Shown here: positions 1 to 8,169 of the stretch, in pieces | How positions within the stretch are numbered: the first letter of the stretch is position 1 | Layout of the letters: each line of letters begins with the position of its first letter | Origin: a virus | Taxonomy: Duplodnaviria > Caudoviricetes | Virus record (IMG/VR): IMGVR_UViG_3300022221_000010 | Span: 1 to 56,760 of that record | Reading direction: 5' to 3' (one strand) | Length of the DNA: 56,760 nt | Notes under the pieces: generated by a model | The model's input: the letters and a program-made list of their open reading frames with translations, nothing else | Databases searched by the model: none | Told to the model about the DNA's origin: nothing | Made by a program: the position numbers and the translations under genes

Positions 1-42
1 TGCCGGTAAACGTTGGGCTGTTAAAGTCCTTTAATTTAACCT

Positions 43-116
43 AGTTCCTTAGTTTAATGGCAAAACACCGTTGTTACATATCGGAGTCAGAGGCTCGATT
101 CCTCTAGGAACTACCA
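43..116 (+). tRNA. tRNA-Val(TAC)
   Basis: Acceptor AGTTCCT/AGGAACT, anticodon loop GTTACAT, T arm AGAGG-CTCGATT-CCTCT, encoded CCA; one mismatch in the anticodon stem. Confidence 0.8.
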
Positions 117-128
117 ATTTTATTATGG

Positions 129-494
129 ATGGGTATTTATATGTCTGTTAATGAAGATCAACCGATCAAACCTTCCGATGATTTATTGAAGCTATACAGT
201 ATATCTCCCATTCATTCAATTATATTTGATAAAGAAGCCACTCAATTTGAGGAAGAAGAAGCACCAGAAGGTTGCTATTATGAGGCTCGTATGAAATTCA
301 TCGGAGTGAAAGGTGAAATGGGTGGAACTGAGTCGATGTTCAATAATTGGCTTAAATTCCATCCATCGACTATCGGTTTATGGCAATTAAAAACGGAATT
401 AGAATGCAAATGTATTAAATGGGTTCGATATGTTGAAAAAAACAAAGCCGATTACAATACCTTTCTTAGACTTAAATCCAAATTTGGAGAATGA
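129..494 (+). CDS. hypothetical protein
   Basis: 121-aa ORF overlapping the next start (ATGA). Confidence 0.6.
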   Translation: MGIYMSVNEDQPIKPSDDLLKLYSISPIHSIIFDKEATQFEEEEAPEGCYYEARMKFIGVKGEMGGTESMFNNWLKFHPSTIGLWQLKTELECKCIKWVRYVEKNKADYNTFLRLKSKFGE

Positions 495-1078
495 TCATGA
501 AAAACATTTTATTTATTTTTTTGATGCTGATAACATTTAATGTTAGTGCTGAGGTTTCAACGACTGGTTTGACGGAAACGCAGATTGCCGAATTAGCATT
601 AAGTGCAGCTAAAATGAAGGAATCTATACCATCCACTATTACGAAAGATGGTGTGGTGGAAACTTTATCCGAATTTGGATCACTCGGAAAAGAAACTGGT
701 GAAGCAATCAAATATGCATTACTGGGTGTCGTTGATATCGCGGAAAAATTCTCAGATACAGATGTTGGTAAAATTACAATTGCATTGGTGATCTGGCGTA
801 TTGCTGGTGTGGACCTCGTGATGATTTTATTCATGTTTGGTATCATTGTTGTGGTTACAATCCTATTCAGGGTATTATGGAGACGACCTATCGAATCCAT
901 CGAATATAAGGATGATGTTATGTTGTGGGGTTTTCTAACACGACGAATCCCAGACAAGATTGTTTATGATACTTCTGAAGAGGCAATGAAAGAATATGAC
1001 AACCGACAGGCTGTAGCAATTCTTTTCGTAGTTGCTGGGGCAATTATATCGGTTATTATTCTCATTAATTTAGGTTAA
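491..1078 (+). CDS. membrane protein with N-terminal signal peptide
   Basis: Signal peptide ending VSA-E plus 2-3 hydrophobic segments. Confidence 0.75.
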   Translation: MIMKNILFIFLMLITFNVSAEVSTTGLTETQIAELALSAAKMKESIPSTITKDGVVETLSEFGSLGKETGEAIKYALLGVVDIAEKFSDTDVGKITIALVIWRIAGVDLVMILFMFGIIVVVTILFRVLWRRPIESIEYKDDVMLWGFLTRRIPDKIVYDTSEEAMKEYDNRQAVAILFVVAGAIISVIILINLG

Positions 1079-1083
1079 ATAAA

Positions 1084-1401
1084 ATGATTGGGTTATATAA
1101 ATTCCATTGGGATTGTGGTAGAATGGGAACTCTTGATGGGTTATTTTTTGCTAAGCCTATCGATGTTGAAAAAGCAATTGGTGAAATAATATATTTCGGT
1201 GAAGCTTTAGGTAAGCATTCGGATATTTACGGTTCACTTGAAACTGATGAAATTGAATTAGTCAGTGAAGATCAAAACCTCATTTCAATGTTGATGGCAG
1301 CACTTGAGATAGACCCAACAGAAGAATATTGTGATTGGACAATTTCAGGTCACAATCCTGTTGAATGTCACCTTGAACGATTATCGGATGAAGAAGAATG
1401 A
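1084..1401 (+). CDS. conserved phage hypothetical protein
   Basis: Acidic ORF with LYKFHWDCGRMG-L-GLF motif familiar from large phages. Confidence 0.7.
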   Translation: MIGLYKFHWDCGRMGTLDGLFFAKPIDVEKAIGEIIYFGEALGKHSDIYGSLETDEIELVSEDQNLISMLMAALEIDPTEEYCDWTISGHNPVECHLERLSDEEE

Positions 1402-1844
1402 AACGTAGAGATTTTTTAAAAATAACAGGTGGTGTCGCCGCTGGAACTTTAACTACATTTGGCTCTTCCGCTGAAACGGGAAGATCAAAGGTTCGGGAAT
1501 TTGTTGTTTCAAAGGATAGACATTCTCGTGCTGTTGTGGAAAATAACCACACCACTTCGAAACGGAATATTAATAAAACAAAACCGTTTGTTTTATTTGT
1601 CAAGATTGAAGAGAAGATATGGAAAGTTAAACCGAGTGGAGGTGGAATCTATGGTGGTCTACCATCTCCAATGATTTATCATGCTAATTGGGTGTATGAT
1701 TTTGAAAATGATGAATTTATTAAGGACCGCAATCTTCTTGGTGCTTCGGATATTAAGTATTTATCTTTTGGTGATGTACCTTGGATGCCGAAAGAAATAC
1801 GAAGTAAGTATACATTTAATTTTAAACCTAAATTGACCGCGTAG
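1398..1844 (+). CDS. protein with twin-arginine (Tat) signal peptide
   Basis: N-terminus MKRRDFLKITGGVAAG matches RRxFLK; stop codon lies inside tRNA-Cys. Confidence 0.65.
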   Translation: MKRRDFLKITGGVAAGTLTTFGSSAETGRSKVREFVVSKDRHSRAVVENNHTTSKRNINKTKPFVLFVKIEEKIWKVKPSGGGIYGGLPSPMIYHANWVYDFENDEFIKDRNLLGASDIKYLSFGDVPWMPKEIRSKYTFNFKPKLTA

Positions 1845-1908
1845 CAAAGTGGTAATGCGCCGGATTGCAAATCCGGTATCGTCGGTTCAAATCCGGTCGC
1901 GGTCTCCA
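1835..1908 (+). tRNA. tRNA-Cys(GCA)
   Basis: GACCGCG/CGCGGTC acceptor, CCGGA-TTGCAAA-TCCGG, U73, CCA. Confidence 0.95.
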
Positions 1909-1913
1909 TTATT

Positions 1914-2096
1914 ATGAATTTATCTGAAGCAGAATCTAATTTAAAAGAAAGTCAAGAATTAATGGCGTCTAAATATTGTCCATTGATGTCTGGCCGTTGT
2001 ATTGATCAATGTATCCATTATTATTCGGGTAAGTTGGTCGGTCCAATTGAAGATCAATATCGAATTATAAATTCCAAATGTAAACTCTGGAAATAA
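1914..2096 (+). CDS. small Cys-containing hypothetical protein
   Basis: 60-aa ORF between tRNA genes. Confidence 0.55.
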   Translation: MNLSEAESNLKESQELMASKYCPLMSGRCIDQCIHYYSGKLVGPIEDQYRIINSKCKLWK

Positions 2097-2108
2097 ATTC
2101 TTGAAACG

Positions 2109-2116
2109 TATAAATA
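2109..2116 (+). promoter_or_regulatory. T4-type late promoter
   Basis: TATAAATA upstream of the tRNA cluster at 2225-2547. Confidence 0.6.
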
Positions 2117-2224
2117 AATATGATATATTTTAAAAATGAAATATCAGCAAAAGAATTTGCTAAAATAAAATCGCATTATCGATTTATGACTATTAAAGGT
2201 CGATATGCAGTAAAAATAATTTAA

Positions 2225-2297
2225 CGCGGGTGGTCACAGTGACCAACCGAGGCTCATAACCTTGGATAGATCGGAGCGTTACCGATACCCGCTACCA
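2225..2297 (+). tRNA. tRNA-Met(CAT), initiator-like, atypical T loop
   Basis: C1:U72 mismatch, CGAGG-CTCATAA-CCTTG, T arm ATCGG-AGCGTTA-CCGAT, CCA. Confidence 0.75.
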
Positions 2298-2304
2298 AAT
2301 TTAT

Positions 2305-2381
2305 AGCGCATTAGCTCAGTTGGTTAGAGCACTCGGCTGATAACCGGGAGGTCAGTGATTCGAGTTCACTATGCGCTACCA
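2305..2381 (+). tRNA. tRNA-Ile(GAT)
   Basis: Canonical cloverleaf, loop CTGATAA, CCA. Confidence 0.95.
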
Positions 2382-2387
2382 AATTAT

Positions 2388-2470
2388 GCGCGACTGGTTA
2401 ATGCAAATTGGCACAGCTACTAGATTTAGAATCTAGACCTTTCTCGGTTCGAGTCCGAGGTTGCGTACCA
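2388..2470 (+). tRNA. tRNA-Leu(TAG), enlarged D region and short variable loop
   Basis: GCGCGAC/GTTGCGT, CTAGA-TTTAGAA-TCTAG, CTCGG-TTCGAGT-CCGAG, CCA. Confidence 0.8.
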
Positions 2471-2476
2471 AATTAT

Positions 2477-2547
2477 GTTGGAGTAGATCAGGGTATCAAG
2501 TCGGATTGTGACTCCGGCTCTGGGGTTCGAATCCCCGCTTCACCCCA
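2477..2547 (+). tRNA. tRNA-His(GTG), compact
   Basis: TCGGA-TTGTGAC-TCCGG anticodon arm, GGGG-TTCGAAT-CCCC, C73, CCA; small D arm. Confidence 0.75.
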
Positions 2548-2567
2548 ATTTGTGGGATATTTATATT

Positions 2568-2816
2568 ATGAAATTATTTCAAATTTATCAATCTAAACAT
2601 GATCAATGCTTCGCGAAAAGTGAATGGGATTGGATCACCGCATTTATTGTGAATGCCGAAGATGAGGATGAAGCTCGTTTGTTGTGTTCCGAACATCCTA
2701 TTGCAATTGATAAAATGAAAAATCCTGATTGCTATCTTAATACTGAATATTTCGCATGTCATGAACTAGACACAAATTCCTCATCCGTATTGTATTGTGA
2801 TGAGGATTCGATGTGA
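2568..2816 (+). CDS. hypothetical protein
   Basis: ATG after the tRNA-His 3' end (MKLFQIY...); overlaps the next start. Confidence 0.65.
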   Translation: MKLFQIYQSKHDQCFAKSEWDWITAFIVNAEDEDEARLLCSEHPIAIDKMKNPDCYLNTEYFACHELDTNSSSVLYCDEDSM

Positions 2817-3277
2817 AATACTATGCTGGTATTGGATCACGAATCACACCACAACCAATTCTTGATGAATTTAAACTAATTGCTGCGCAACTGGAAGAAA
2901 GAGGTTTTACCCTTCGTTCCGGTGGTGCTAATGGCGCAGATAAAGCATTTGAATACAGCACGAAGATCAAAGAGATATTCACACATTATAAATGTACTGA
3001 TGCCGCACTTGAGCACGCTTCTAAATTTCATCCAAATTGGAATGCTTGTTCATATATTGCGCAAAAATTGCATGGTAGAAATAGTATGATTATCTTAGGT
3101 GAAAATCTGGATAGTCCTGTGGATTTTGTTATCTGTTGGACAATGAATGGTTTAGAAAGGGGTGGTACTGGTCAAGCATTGCGGATCGCCAAATCATTGA
3201 ACATCGAAGTTTTAAATCGAGGATCAATGAGTCATACGGAATTGACAAATCGAATAGGTTTAATCAATTTAGTATAA
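2813..3277 (+). CDS. SLOG/DprA-like Rossmann-fold protein
   Basis: YAGIGSR, LRSGGANGAD, VICWT and GGTGQA motifs. Confidence 0.8.
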   Translation: MKYYAGIGSRITPQPILDEFKLIAAQLEERGFTLRSGGANGADKAFEYSTKIKEIFTHYKCTDAALEHASKFHPNWNACSYIAQKLHGRNSMIILGENLDSPVDFVICWTMNGLERGGTGQALRIAKSLNIEVLNRGSMSHTELTNRIGLINLV

Positions 3278-3289
3278 AAGAGGCAAGGT

Positions 3290-3787
3290 ATGTTTGAAAG
3301 TATATTAGTTTTTAGTACATTAGTTTTATCCTCGTGGTGGTTTTTCATAGCCGCATTTTTCATTATTTTATTTCTTGTTCACCTAGAGCGTGATTTTTTC
3401 AGCTTAGTGATGATCGGTCTTTTCATTATATCGACTAAAATATTATTCGGTTTAACAACTGAAACAGTATTATGGTCAGTATTCCTGTATATTCCTTTTG
3501 GTGTCGGGTGGGCATTGTTTAGATGGGATCGATTCTGTGCGGATATGATAACTAAAATTCAGGGAATTGAAAAGGTCAGAAAGCTTACTAAGGATGAGAT
3601 AATTGAGCGACTATCACCAACTGAGAACAAAAGTAAAATTGTTTACTGGATAACCATATGGCCATTTAGTTTACTTGAACATTTTCTAACCGATTTTATT
3701 GATATGATATTCGATTCTTTTAAAGGCGTATTTACTCGTATATCAAAAAAACACATTGCGGATATGAATAAAGACTATTGGTTATGA
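3290..3787 (+). CDS. integral membrane protein
   Basis: Several hydrophobic segments, GAGG RBS. Confidence 0.75.
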   Translation: MFESILVFSTLVLSSWWFFIAAFFIILFLVHLERDFFSLVMIGLFIISTKILFGLTTETVLWSVFLYIPFGVGWALFRWDRFCADMITKIQGIEKVRKLTKDEIIERLSPTENKSKIVYWITIWPFSLLEHFLTDFIDMIFDSFKGVFTRISKKHIADMNKDYWL

Positions 3788-3801
3788 TAGTTGGGTATTG
3801 C

Positions 3802-3830
3802 TTGACGTTTCATAGCTAAACCGATATAAT
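3802..3830 (+). promoter_or_regulatory. sigma70-like early promoter
   Basis: TTGACG-N17-TATAAT. Confidence 0.75.
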
Positions 3831-3862
3831 CCTCTTTCAACTATGGAAGAGGATTTTTTGTT

Positions 3863-4099
3863 ATGACTACATTGACATGTGATTTTAAAGAGTTTAAGAA
3901 ATCAGCACACAGCTATTTAGCGAAGTTATCAAATGCAAATGACGAAGAAGCTGATAATGGATTTAAATGTTTGACCTTGCTTTATATTGGTTTGAAACCT
4001 GAATCTGATATTGAAGTTGGTTTAGCCGCTCGACTATTGGAAACTGCTGGTGAAAAGCTCACGAGACATTCTGCTGGCTTACCGCTCTGGGATGCATAA
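3863..4099 (+). CDS. hypothetical protein
   Basis: GAGG RBS, downstream of promoter. Confidence 0.7.
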   Translation: MTTLTCDFKEFKKSAHSYLAKLSNANDEEADNGFKCLTLLYIGLKPESDIEVGLAARLLETAGEKLTRHSAGLPLWDA

Positions 4100-4134
4100 T
4101 TATTGATTATTATAAAAAGATAAATACATAATTG

Positions 4135-4142
4135 TATAAATA
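4135..4142 (+). promoter_or_regulatory. T4-type late promoter
   Basis: TATAAATA upstream of tRNA-Gly. Confidence 0.6.
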
Positions 4143-4171
4143 AATAAATTACTGTATAATTATTATTTTAC

Positions 4172-4253
4172 GCGGGTGAGTCAACAAGGTGTTGAATCTG
4201 CCTTCCAAGCAGACGCGAAAGCATGGCGAGTTCGATTCTCGTCACCCGCTCCA
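4172..4253 (+). tRNA. tRNA-Gly(TCC) with extended variable arm
   Basis: GCGGGTG/CACCCGC, U73, TCTGC-CTTCCAA-GCAGA, variable region with GC-GAAA-GC, CCA. Confidence 0.85.
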
Positions 4254-4273
4254 AATAAATAATATGGTGATTT

Positions 4274-4531
4274 ATGAAAAAGACTTTTTTAGTAATTTCT
4301 TTGCTGGTTGTGTCGTTTACTGCACAAGCTGGAATATTTAGTGCACTGCGTGATTCCTCACGAGAGCAAATTCCAACTCAGGTCTTGAGTCTGGAAGCGG
4401 ATGGTAAAAACTTTCGTATGTATATTTATCCAGCACCATACAATTCGGATTATATTTGTGTGATGATTGCAGGAACGCAGAAAGGTGGTAATTCGTGCTA
4501 CCCTCGCAAAGATAAAGAATTGTTACAATAG
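4274..4531 (+). CDS. small exported protein
   Basis: Sec signal peptide ending AQA, two Cys. Confidence 0.7.
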   Translation: MKKTFLVISLLVVSFTAQAGIFSALRDSSREQIPTQVLSLEADGKNFRMYIYPAPYNSDYICVMIAGTQKGGNSCYPRKDKELLQ

Positions 4532-4538
4532 TTTCAAT

Positions 4539-4615
4539 CGGTCAGTATTCTAGTCTGGCAAGTTACCTCGTTTGGGGCGAGGACATCGGGAGTTCGAATC
4601 TCCCCTGACCGACCA
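4539..4615 (+). tRNA. tRNA-Pro(TGG)
   Basis: CGGTCAG/CTGACCG, CCTCG-TTTGGGG-CGAGG, CCA. Confidence 0.9.
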
Positions 4616-4621
4616 ATTTAT

Positions 4622-4698
4622 AGTCCTATAGCCAAGCGGTCCAAGGCATCAGGTTTTGAACCTGACATTCGAAGGTTCGAATCCTTCTGGGACTTCCA
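4622..4698 (+). tRNA. tRNA-Gln(TTG)
   Basis: AGTCCTA/TGGGACT, TCAGG-TTTTGAA-CCTGA, CCA. Confidence 0.9.
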
Positions 4699-4701
4699 TT
4701 C

Positions 4702-4728
4702 AAAAGCCAGCTTCGTGCTGGCTTTTTT
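4702..4728 (+). terminator. rho-independent terminator
   Basis: AAAAGCCAGC-TTCGT-GCTGGCTTTTTT. Confidence 0.85.
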
Positions 4729-4740
4729 CGTTATTAAAGC

Positions 4741-4769
4741 TTGCAATAATATATTTAATCTGATATATT
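4741..4769 (+). promoter_or_regulatory. sigma70-like early promoter
   Basis: TTGCAA-N17-TATATT. Confidence 0.6.
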
Positions 4770-4799
4770 CTCTATATAAATTAATTGGAGAAGATTATA

Positions 4800-5123
4800 A
4801 TGAACACAGAAAGAAGAGGTATTGGGGCATACGTTTACCGAAGCGGTTTAGGTGATTGCACTAATGGTGGAATTTCCGGAAAGGCTGATCGAGTTATTGC
4901 AACAGGTGACATGATCGAACGTGGAAATGTCCTTCCATCCGAATCCGATGATCCTCATTTCATTATTGTTGAAGAATATCCAACAGGTAAACCAATGCTT
5001 CGTGCATATCCAATCGATCTGTATAAATCGGATAAATGGGTGATGTTTGGTGGTAATTTTCTTTACAGTAGTGATAGTCGGTTTCCTGATATCCCAGTCA
5101 AGATTTTTGATCGAGTGGAATAA
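4800..5123 (+). CDS. hypothetical protein
   Basis: GGAG RBS; DCTNGGIS and MFGGNFLYSSDSRF motifs typical of a phage family. Confidence 0.75.
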   Translation: MNTERRGIGAYVYRSGLGDCTNGGISGKADRVIATGDMIERGNVLPSESDDPHFIIVEEYPTGKPMLRAYPIDLYKSDKWVMFGGNFLYSSDSRFPDIPVKIFDRVE

Positions 5124-5126
5124 ATT

Positions 5127-5300
5127 ATGAAAACTATGGTAGCCGTACCAAAAAGTATGCTGGATGAATTAGAGCATTCTCGTGTCAAACTATATGAACT
5201 GTTTCCAGATATTACTAATGATGAAGTAATTCGTTTGACTAATATTACAGCTATTATGTGGAAACTCGCCAATACAAATTGGAAGGAGATAGAATCATGA
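5127..5300 (+). CDS. small hypothetical protein (57 aa, below ORF-track cutoff)
   Basis: MKTMVAVPK...WKEIES* fills the gap and overlaps the next ATG. Confidence 0.55.
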   Translation: MKTMVAVPKSMLDELEHSRVKLYELFPDITNDEVIRLTNITAIMWKLANTNWKEIES

Positions 5301-5551
5301 GTTTAAAATTACTGGCCAGTGAAGTTGCGGATTTAACGAATCGTAATCATCACACAGATTCATTAATCTTGATTTCTAAGTATCTATTTAAAGATGAAAT
5401 CACGGAAGAGTTAGAGCGTATACGGTCTGAGTCTGATACTTGCATCTCTCCAGATAATTACAACCGACGATATGAGTTGTATTCTGAATTAATGAAAATC
5501 GGTAAAAAGAAGTTTGGATGTGGTTTTGACATAATATATAATTCCCTATAG
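5297..5551 (+). CDS. hypothetical protein
   Basis: AGGAG RBS before MSLKLL. Confidence 0.65.
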   Translation: MSLKLLASEVADLTNRNHHTDSLILISKYLFKDEITEELERIRSESDTCISPDNYNRRYELYSELMKIGKKKFGCGFDIIYNSL

Positions 5552-5612
5552 GGATTGACATTTATTGTCATTTGCGTATAATCCACAAAATCCAAAAAAT
5601 AGGAAATTAATT

Positions 5613-6389
5613 ATGTCCCAAACTTCTACAGCATCACCAAATGTTGGATTTGATTCAATTTTGAATTCTAACCAACAAACCATGCACAACATCGAATCGT
5701 ATCGTAATAAAAAAATTACGAATACACCGAGAAATTTATTATTCGGTGGTGTGGTTATTGGCACATCATTGTTATTCATAATGTTCGCCGCGCAAATCAT
5801 CACTGGCATGTTCGCAATTATTCTAACGGGTGTGACTGGCATTTCTGCATTCTATTTAACCCGACTGCTGAAAAACATGGACCCATACATTCGCCAGAAA
5901 TTCAAAAATGAAGCATTGAAGAAAATGATGAATGAGGCAAAAGACAATGCCATTTATCAACTTGACAATCAGGTCATTAAAAATTCTGAACGTCTGAAAC
6001 AAGCACGCGAAGCTCGAAATAAAATGGGTGCTTTAGTTCAACAACTCAAATCAAGTATTAATCCGGAAAATAAAGGAAAGCCGATTTATGAACGGAAACT
6101 TGAAATGTTGAAAAAGGTTGAAACGGCATATGAAGTGATGGGTGCTAATTTGGAAGCAGGTGCCGAAGCAAATAAAAAATTCAAGGTCAAGGTGAATGAA
6201 TATCGTGACATGAATCGTTTTGCTGATATTGCTGGTGAAGCTATGGCTCTGCTCGGTGCGTCCGGTCACAAAGAACTGGAAGAAATGCTTTCACTGGAAT
6301 CGTTCAACGAAATTGATTCCAATTTTAACAGTGCGATTATTTCAATTGAAAATAGCGCACGTGACATGCAACTTGATCAGGAAATGTAA
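5613..6389 (+). CDS. membrane-anchored coiled-coil protein (PspA-like architecture)
   Basis: Two TM helices followed by a long helical/coiled-coil region; AGGA RBS. Confidence 0.7.
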   Translation: MSQTSTASPNVGFDSILNSNQQTMHNIESYRNKKITNTPRNLLFGGVVIGTSLLFIMFAAQIITGMFAIILTGVTGISAFYLTRLLKNMDPYIRQKFKNEALKKMMNEAKDNAIYQLDNQVIKNSERLKQAREARNKMGALVQQLKSSINPENKGKPIYERKLEMLKKVETAYEVMGANLEAGAEANKKFKVKVNEYRDMNRFADIAGEAMALLGASGHKELEEMLSLESFNEIDSNFNSAIISIENSARDMQLDQEM

Positions 6390-6392
6390 ACA

Positions 6393-6542
6393 ATGTCTGA
6401 ATCTAAATCAACGAAAGTTATGCGAATTATTTCTTATATGCTTTTTGCACTCGCTATCGGTGCTGGAGTGATAGGGATTATGTCTGGTGATAGTGACTCT
6501 GCTAAAAAGTCACCTTCATCTTCTTCAAAACCAATGTTTTAA
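6393..6542 (+). CDS. small single-TM protein (49 aa)
   Basis: MSESKSTKVMRIISYMLFALAIGAGVIGIMSG...KPMF*, read by eye between two operon genes. Confidence 0.65.
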   Translation: MSESKSTKVMRIISYMLFALAIGAGVIGIMSGDSDSAKKSPSSSSKPMF

Positions 6543-6554
6543 ACGAGGTATATT

Positions 6555-7496
6555 ATGAAAAAACTTTTACTATTCATTGCGGTTACCATTTTTAGTTCGA
6601 TGGCGATTGCAGCAAAACCAATTAAATTTGGTACGGGTGGTCCAACTGGAAATTATTTTTCTATGGCCAATGACATTGATCATTATTGCTCAGATCAATT
6701 AGTTGATCGCTCTCTGGAAATTCTTAACACGAAAGGATCAATTGATAATTTACGTGGTATGGGATCAAAGAAATATAGTATCGGATGGGTTCAGGAAGAT
6801 GTGTTACATTATTACGCACGTCAAGACCCAACTAAGGTCAATAAGAATCGATTGAAAATTATTGCCGGTGGTCATGCTGAAACTGTTCATATGTTGATTC
6901 CTAAAGACTACAATCCAACTCCAGCTAGTAGTGGATGGATGGATAAAGTCGGTGGCATGTTTTCATCGAAAGAACAATTACCGCTTGATCTGAATTTATT
7001 GAAAGGTCAAACGATTGGTTCTTATGGTGGTAGTCTGGTGAGTGCTAAAGCTTTGTCTATGTTTATGGAATTGGATTTGACTATTGTCGAAATTCCCGAA
7101 GAACGTCGCGGTAAAGCTGGTGATGTGCCGATTCTTTTAGTTGGTGGTCAACCATATGCGCCGGTTGAACAGTATCTTGCAACTAACAATTATGTTTTGG
7201 TCTCAATTGACGCACGCACATTATCAACTAAAGCACCATTTTATATGGAATCGACTGCGAATTACGAAGTTAATGGTGAAATCGTTTCAATCCCGACTAT
7301 TGGTGTTCGTGCTTTGATGATTGGTAAATCGTTTCGTAAAGAGTCGAAAAACGCTAACATGATTGCATTGGCTGGTTGTATTGATAGTAATCTGGAAGAT
7401 TTAGCAGATGACTCAGATACAAATCCAAACTGGGCATCGGTAGTCGAGTTGGATGAAGCTGGTCAAACTAACTGGTCTTATTTCCCCTTGAAATAA
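6555..7496 (+). CDS. TAXI-family (TRAP-associated) solute-binding protein
   Basis: Signal peptide, GTGGPTGNYF, TKGSIDNL and VQEDV motifs. Confidence 0.75.
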   Translation: MKKLLLFIAVTIFSSMAIAAKPIKFGTGGPTGNYFSMANDIDHYCSDQLVDRSLEILNTKGSIDNLRGMGSKKYSIGWVQEDVLHYYARQDPTKVNKNRLKIIAGGHAETVHMLIPKDYNPTPASSGWMDKVGGMFSSKEQLPLDLNLLKGQTIGSYGGSLVSAKALSMFMELDLTIVEIPEERRGKAGDVPILLVGGQPYAPVEQYLATNNYVLVSIDARTLSTKAPFYMESTANYEVNGEIVSIPTIGVRALMIGKSFRKESKNANMIALAGCIDSNLEDLADDSDTNPNWASVVELDEAGQTNWSYFPLK

Positions 7497-7520
7497 AATC
7501 TAGTTGAATAAGTAGTAATT

Positions 7521-7557
7521 AAAGGCAATATATTTAATCGATATATTGCCTTTTTTA
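7521..7557 (+). terminator. rho-independent terminator
   Basis: AAAGGCAATATAT...ATATATTGCCTTTTTT. Confidence 0.8.
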
Positions 7558-7603
7558 TTGGATGATGTAAAATAAATAAAATATCAAAAGAAATGGGCTA
7601 GAT

Positions 7604-7807
7604 ATGAAAAACGGTGAATTATACGTTAAATTAAGTAAGGTGATTAAATCTTGCGAAACCTTCGATCAATTAACTACGGCAATTCATTACGCGCAATTAA
7701 TTCAAAAAAGATTGCGTATAACAGATGATTGGGTTGGTAAAATAAAAATATCGAAAGCCGTGGAAAAAGATATAACCGAACATATGAACTTTCTTAGACG
7801 AAATTAG
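7604..7807 (+). CDS. hypothetical protein
   Basis: 67-aa ORF. Confidence 0.6.
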   Translation: MKNGELYVKLSKVIKSCETFDQLTTAIHYAQLIQKRLRITDDWVGKIKISKAVEKDITEHMNFLRRN

Positions 7808-7962
7808 TGGAGAATGATAATGAGTATGAATGAGGCTACCACACTTTCAGGTTTATCATGGGCTGCAATATTTATCGTTTGTATGTTGCTATTGATACCA
7901 GTTAAAGATACCGAATGTGGTTCGGATTTAGAAACAGATTTAACAACAATTAAGAGGTAGGT

Positions 7963-8169
7963 ATGTTTGATTTAATCGATGATGTAATAGATGAATTAGA
8001 TGAATTAGTCGATGATACTCTGGATGCCGGTCAATCTTTATTGAACGGTGAAATAATGTCAGAAAGTAAAGTGATTAAATTATTTGAAACGGGTATGACT
8101 ATATACGCGATTTCTGATATGACTGGTATTTCTGTGGAATTGATACGAAAAATTGTGACTGAAGATTAG
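7963..8169 (+). CDS. small acidic protein with C-terminal HTH-like motif
   Basis: GMTIYAISDMTGISVELIRKIV resembles a helix-turn-helix. Confidence 0.6.
   Translation: MFDLIDDVIDELDELVDDTLDAGQSLLNGEIMSESKVIKLFETGMTIYAISDMTGISVELIRKIVTED

Noticed and set aside
1-34. Possible RNA hairpin at the window start
   Set aside because: Reads as the end of an upstream CDS (AGKRWAVKVL*) truncated by the window
1679-1909. Minus-strand ORF METATGFEP...
   Set aside because: Antisense shadow of tRNA-Cys
2146-2210. Two hairpins in the tRNA cluster leader
   Set aside because: AT-rich with no recognisable motif; cannot be distinguished from ordinary leader structure
2388-2470. Amber suppressor or alternative genetic code
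   Set aside because: The anticodon is TAG (reads CUA), not CTA; all three stop codons end intact genes and core genes are uninterrupted
2408-2596. 62-aa ORF and the 2508 start extension of the next ORF
   Set aside because: They overlap tRNA-Leu and tRNA-His
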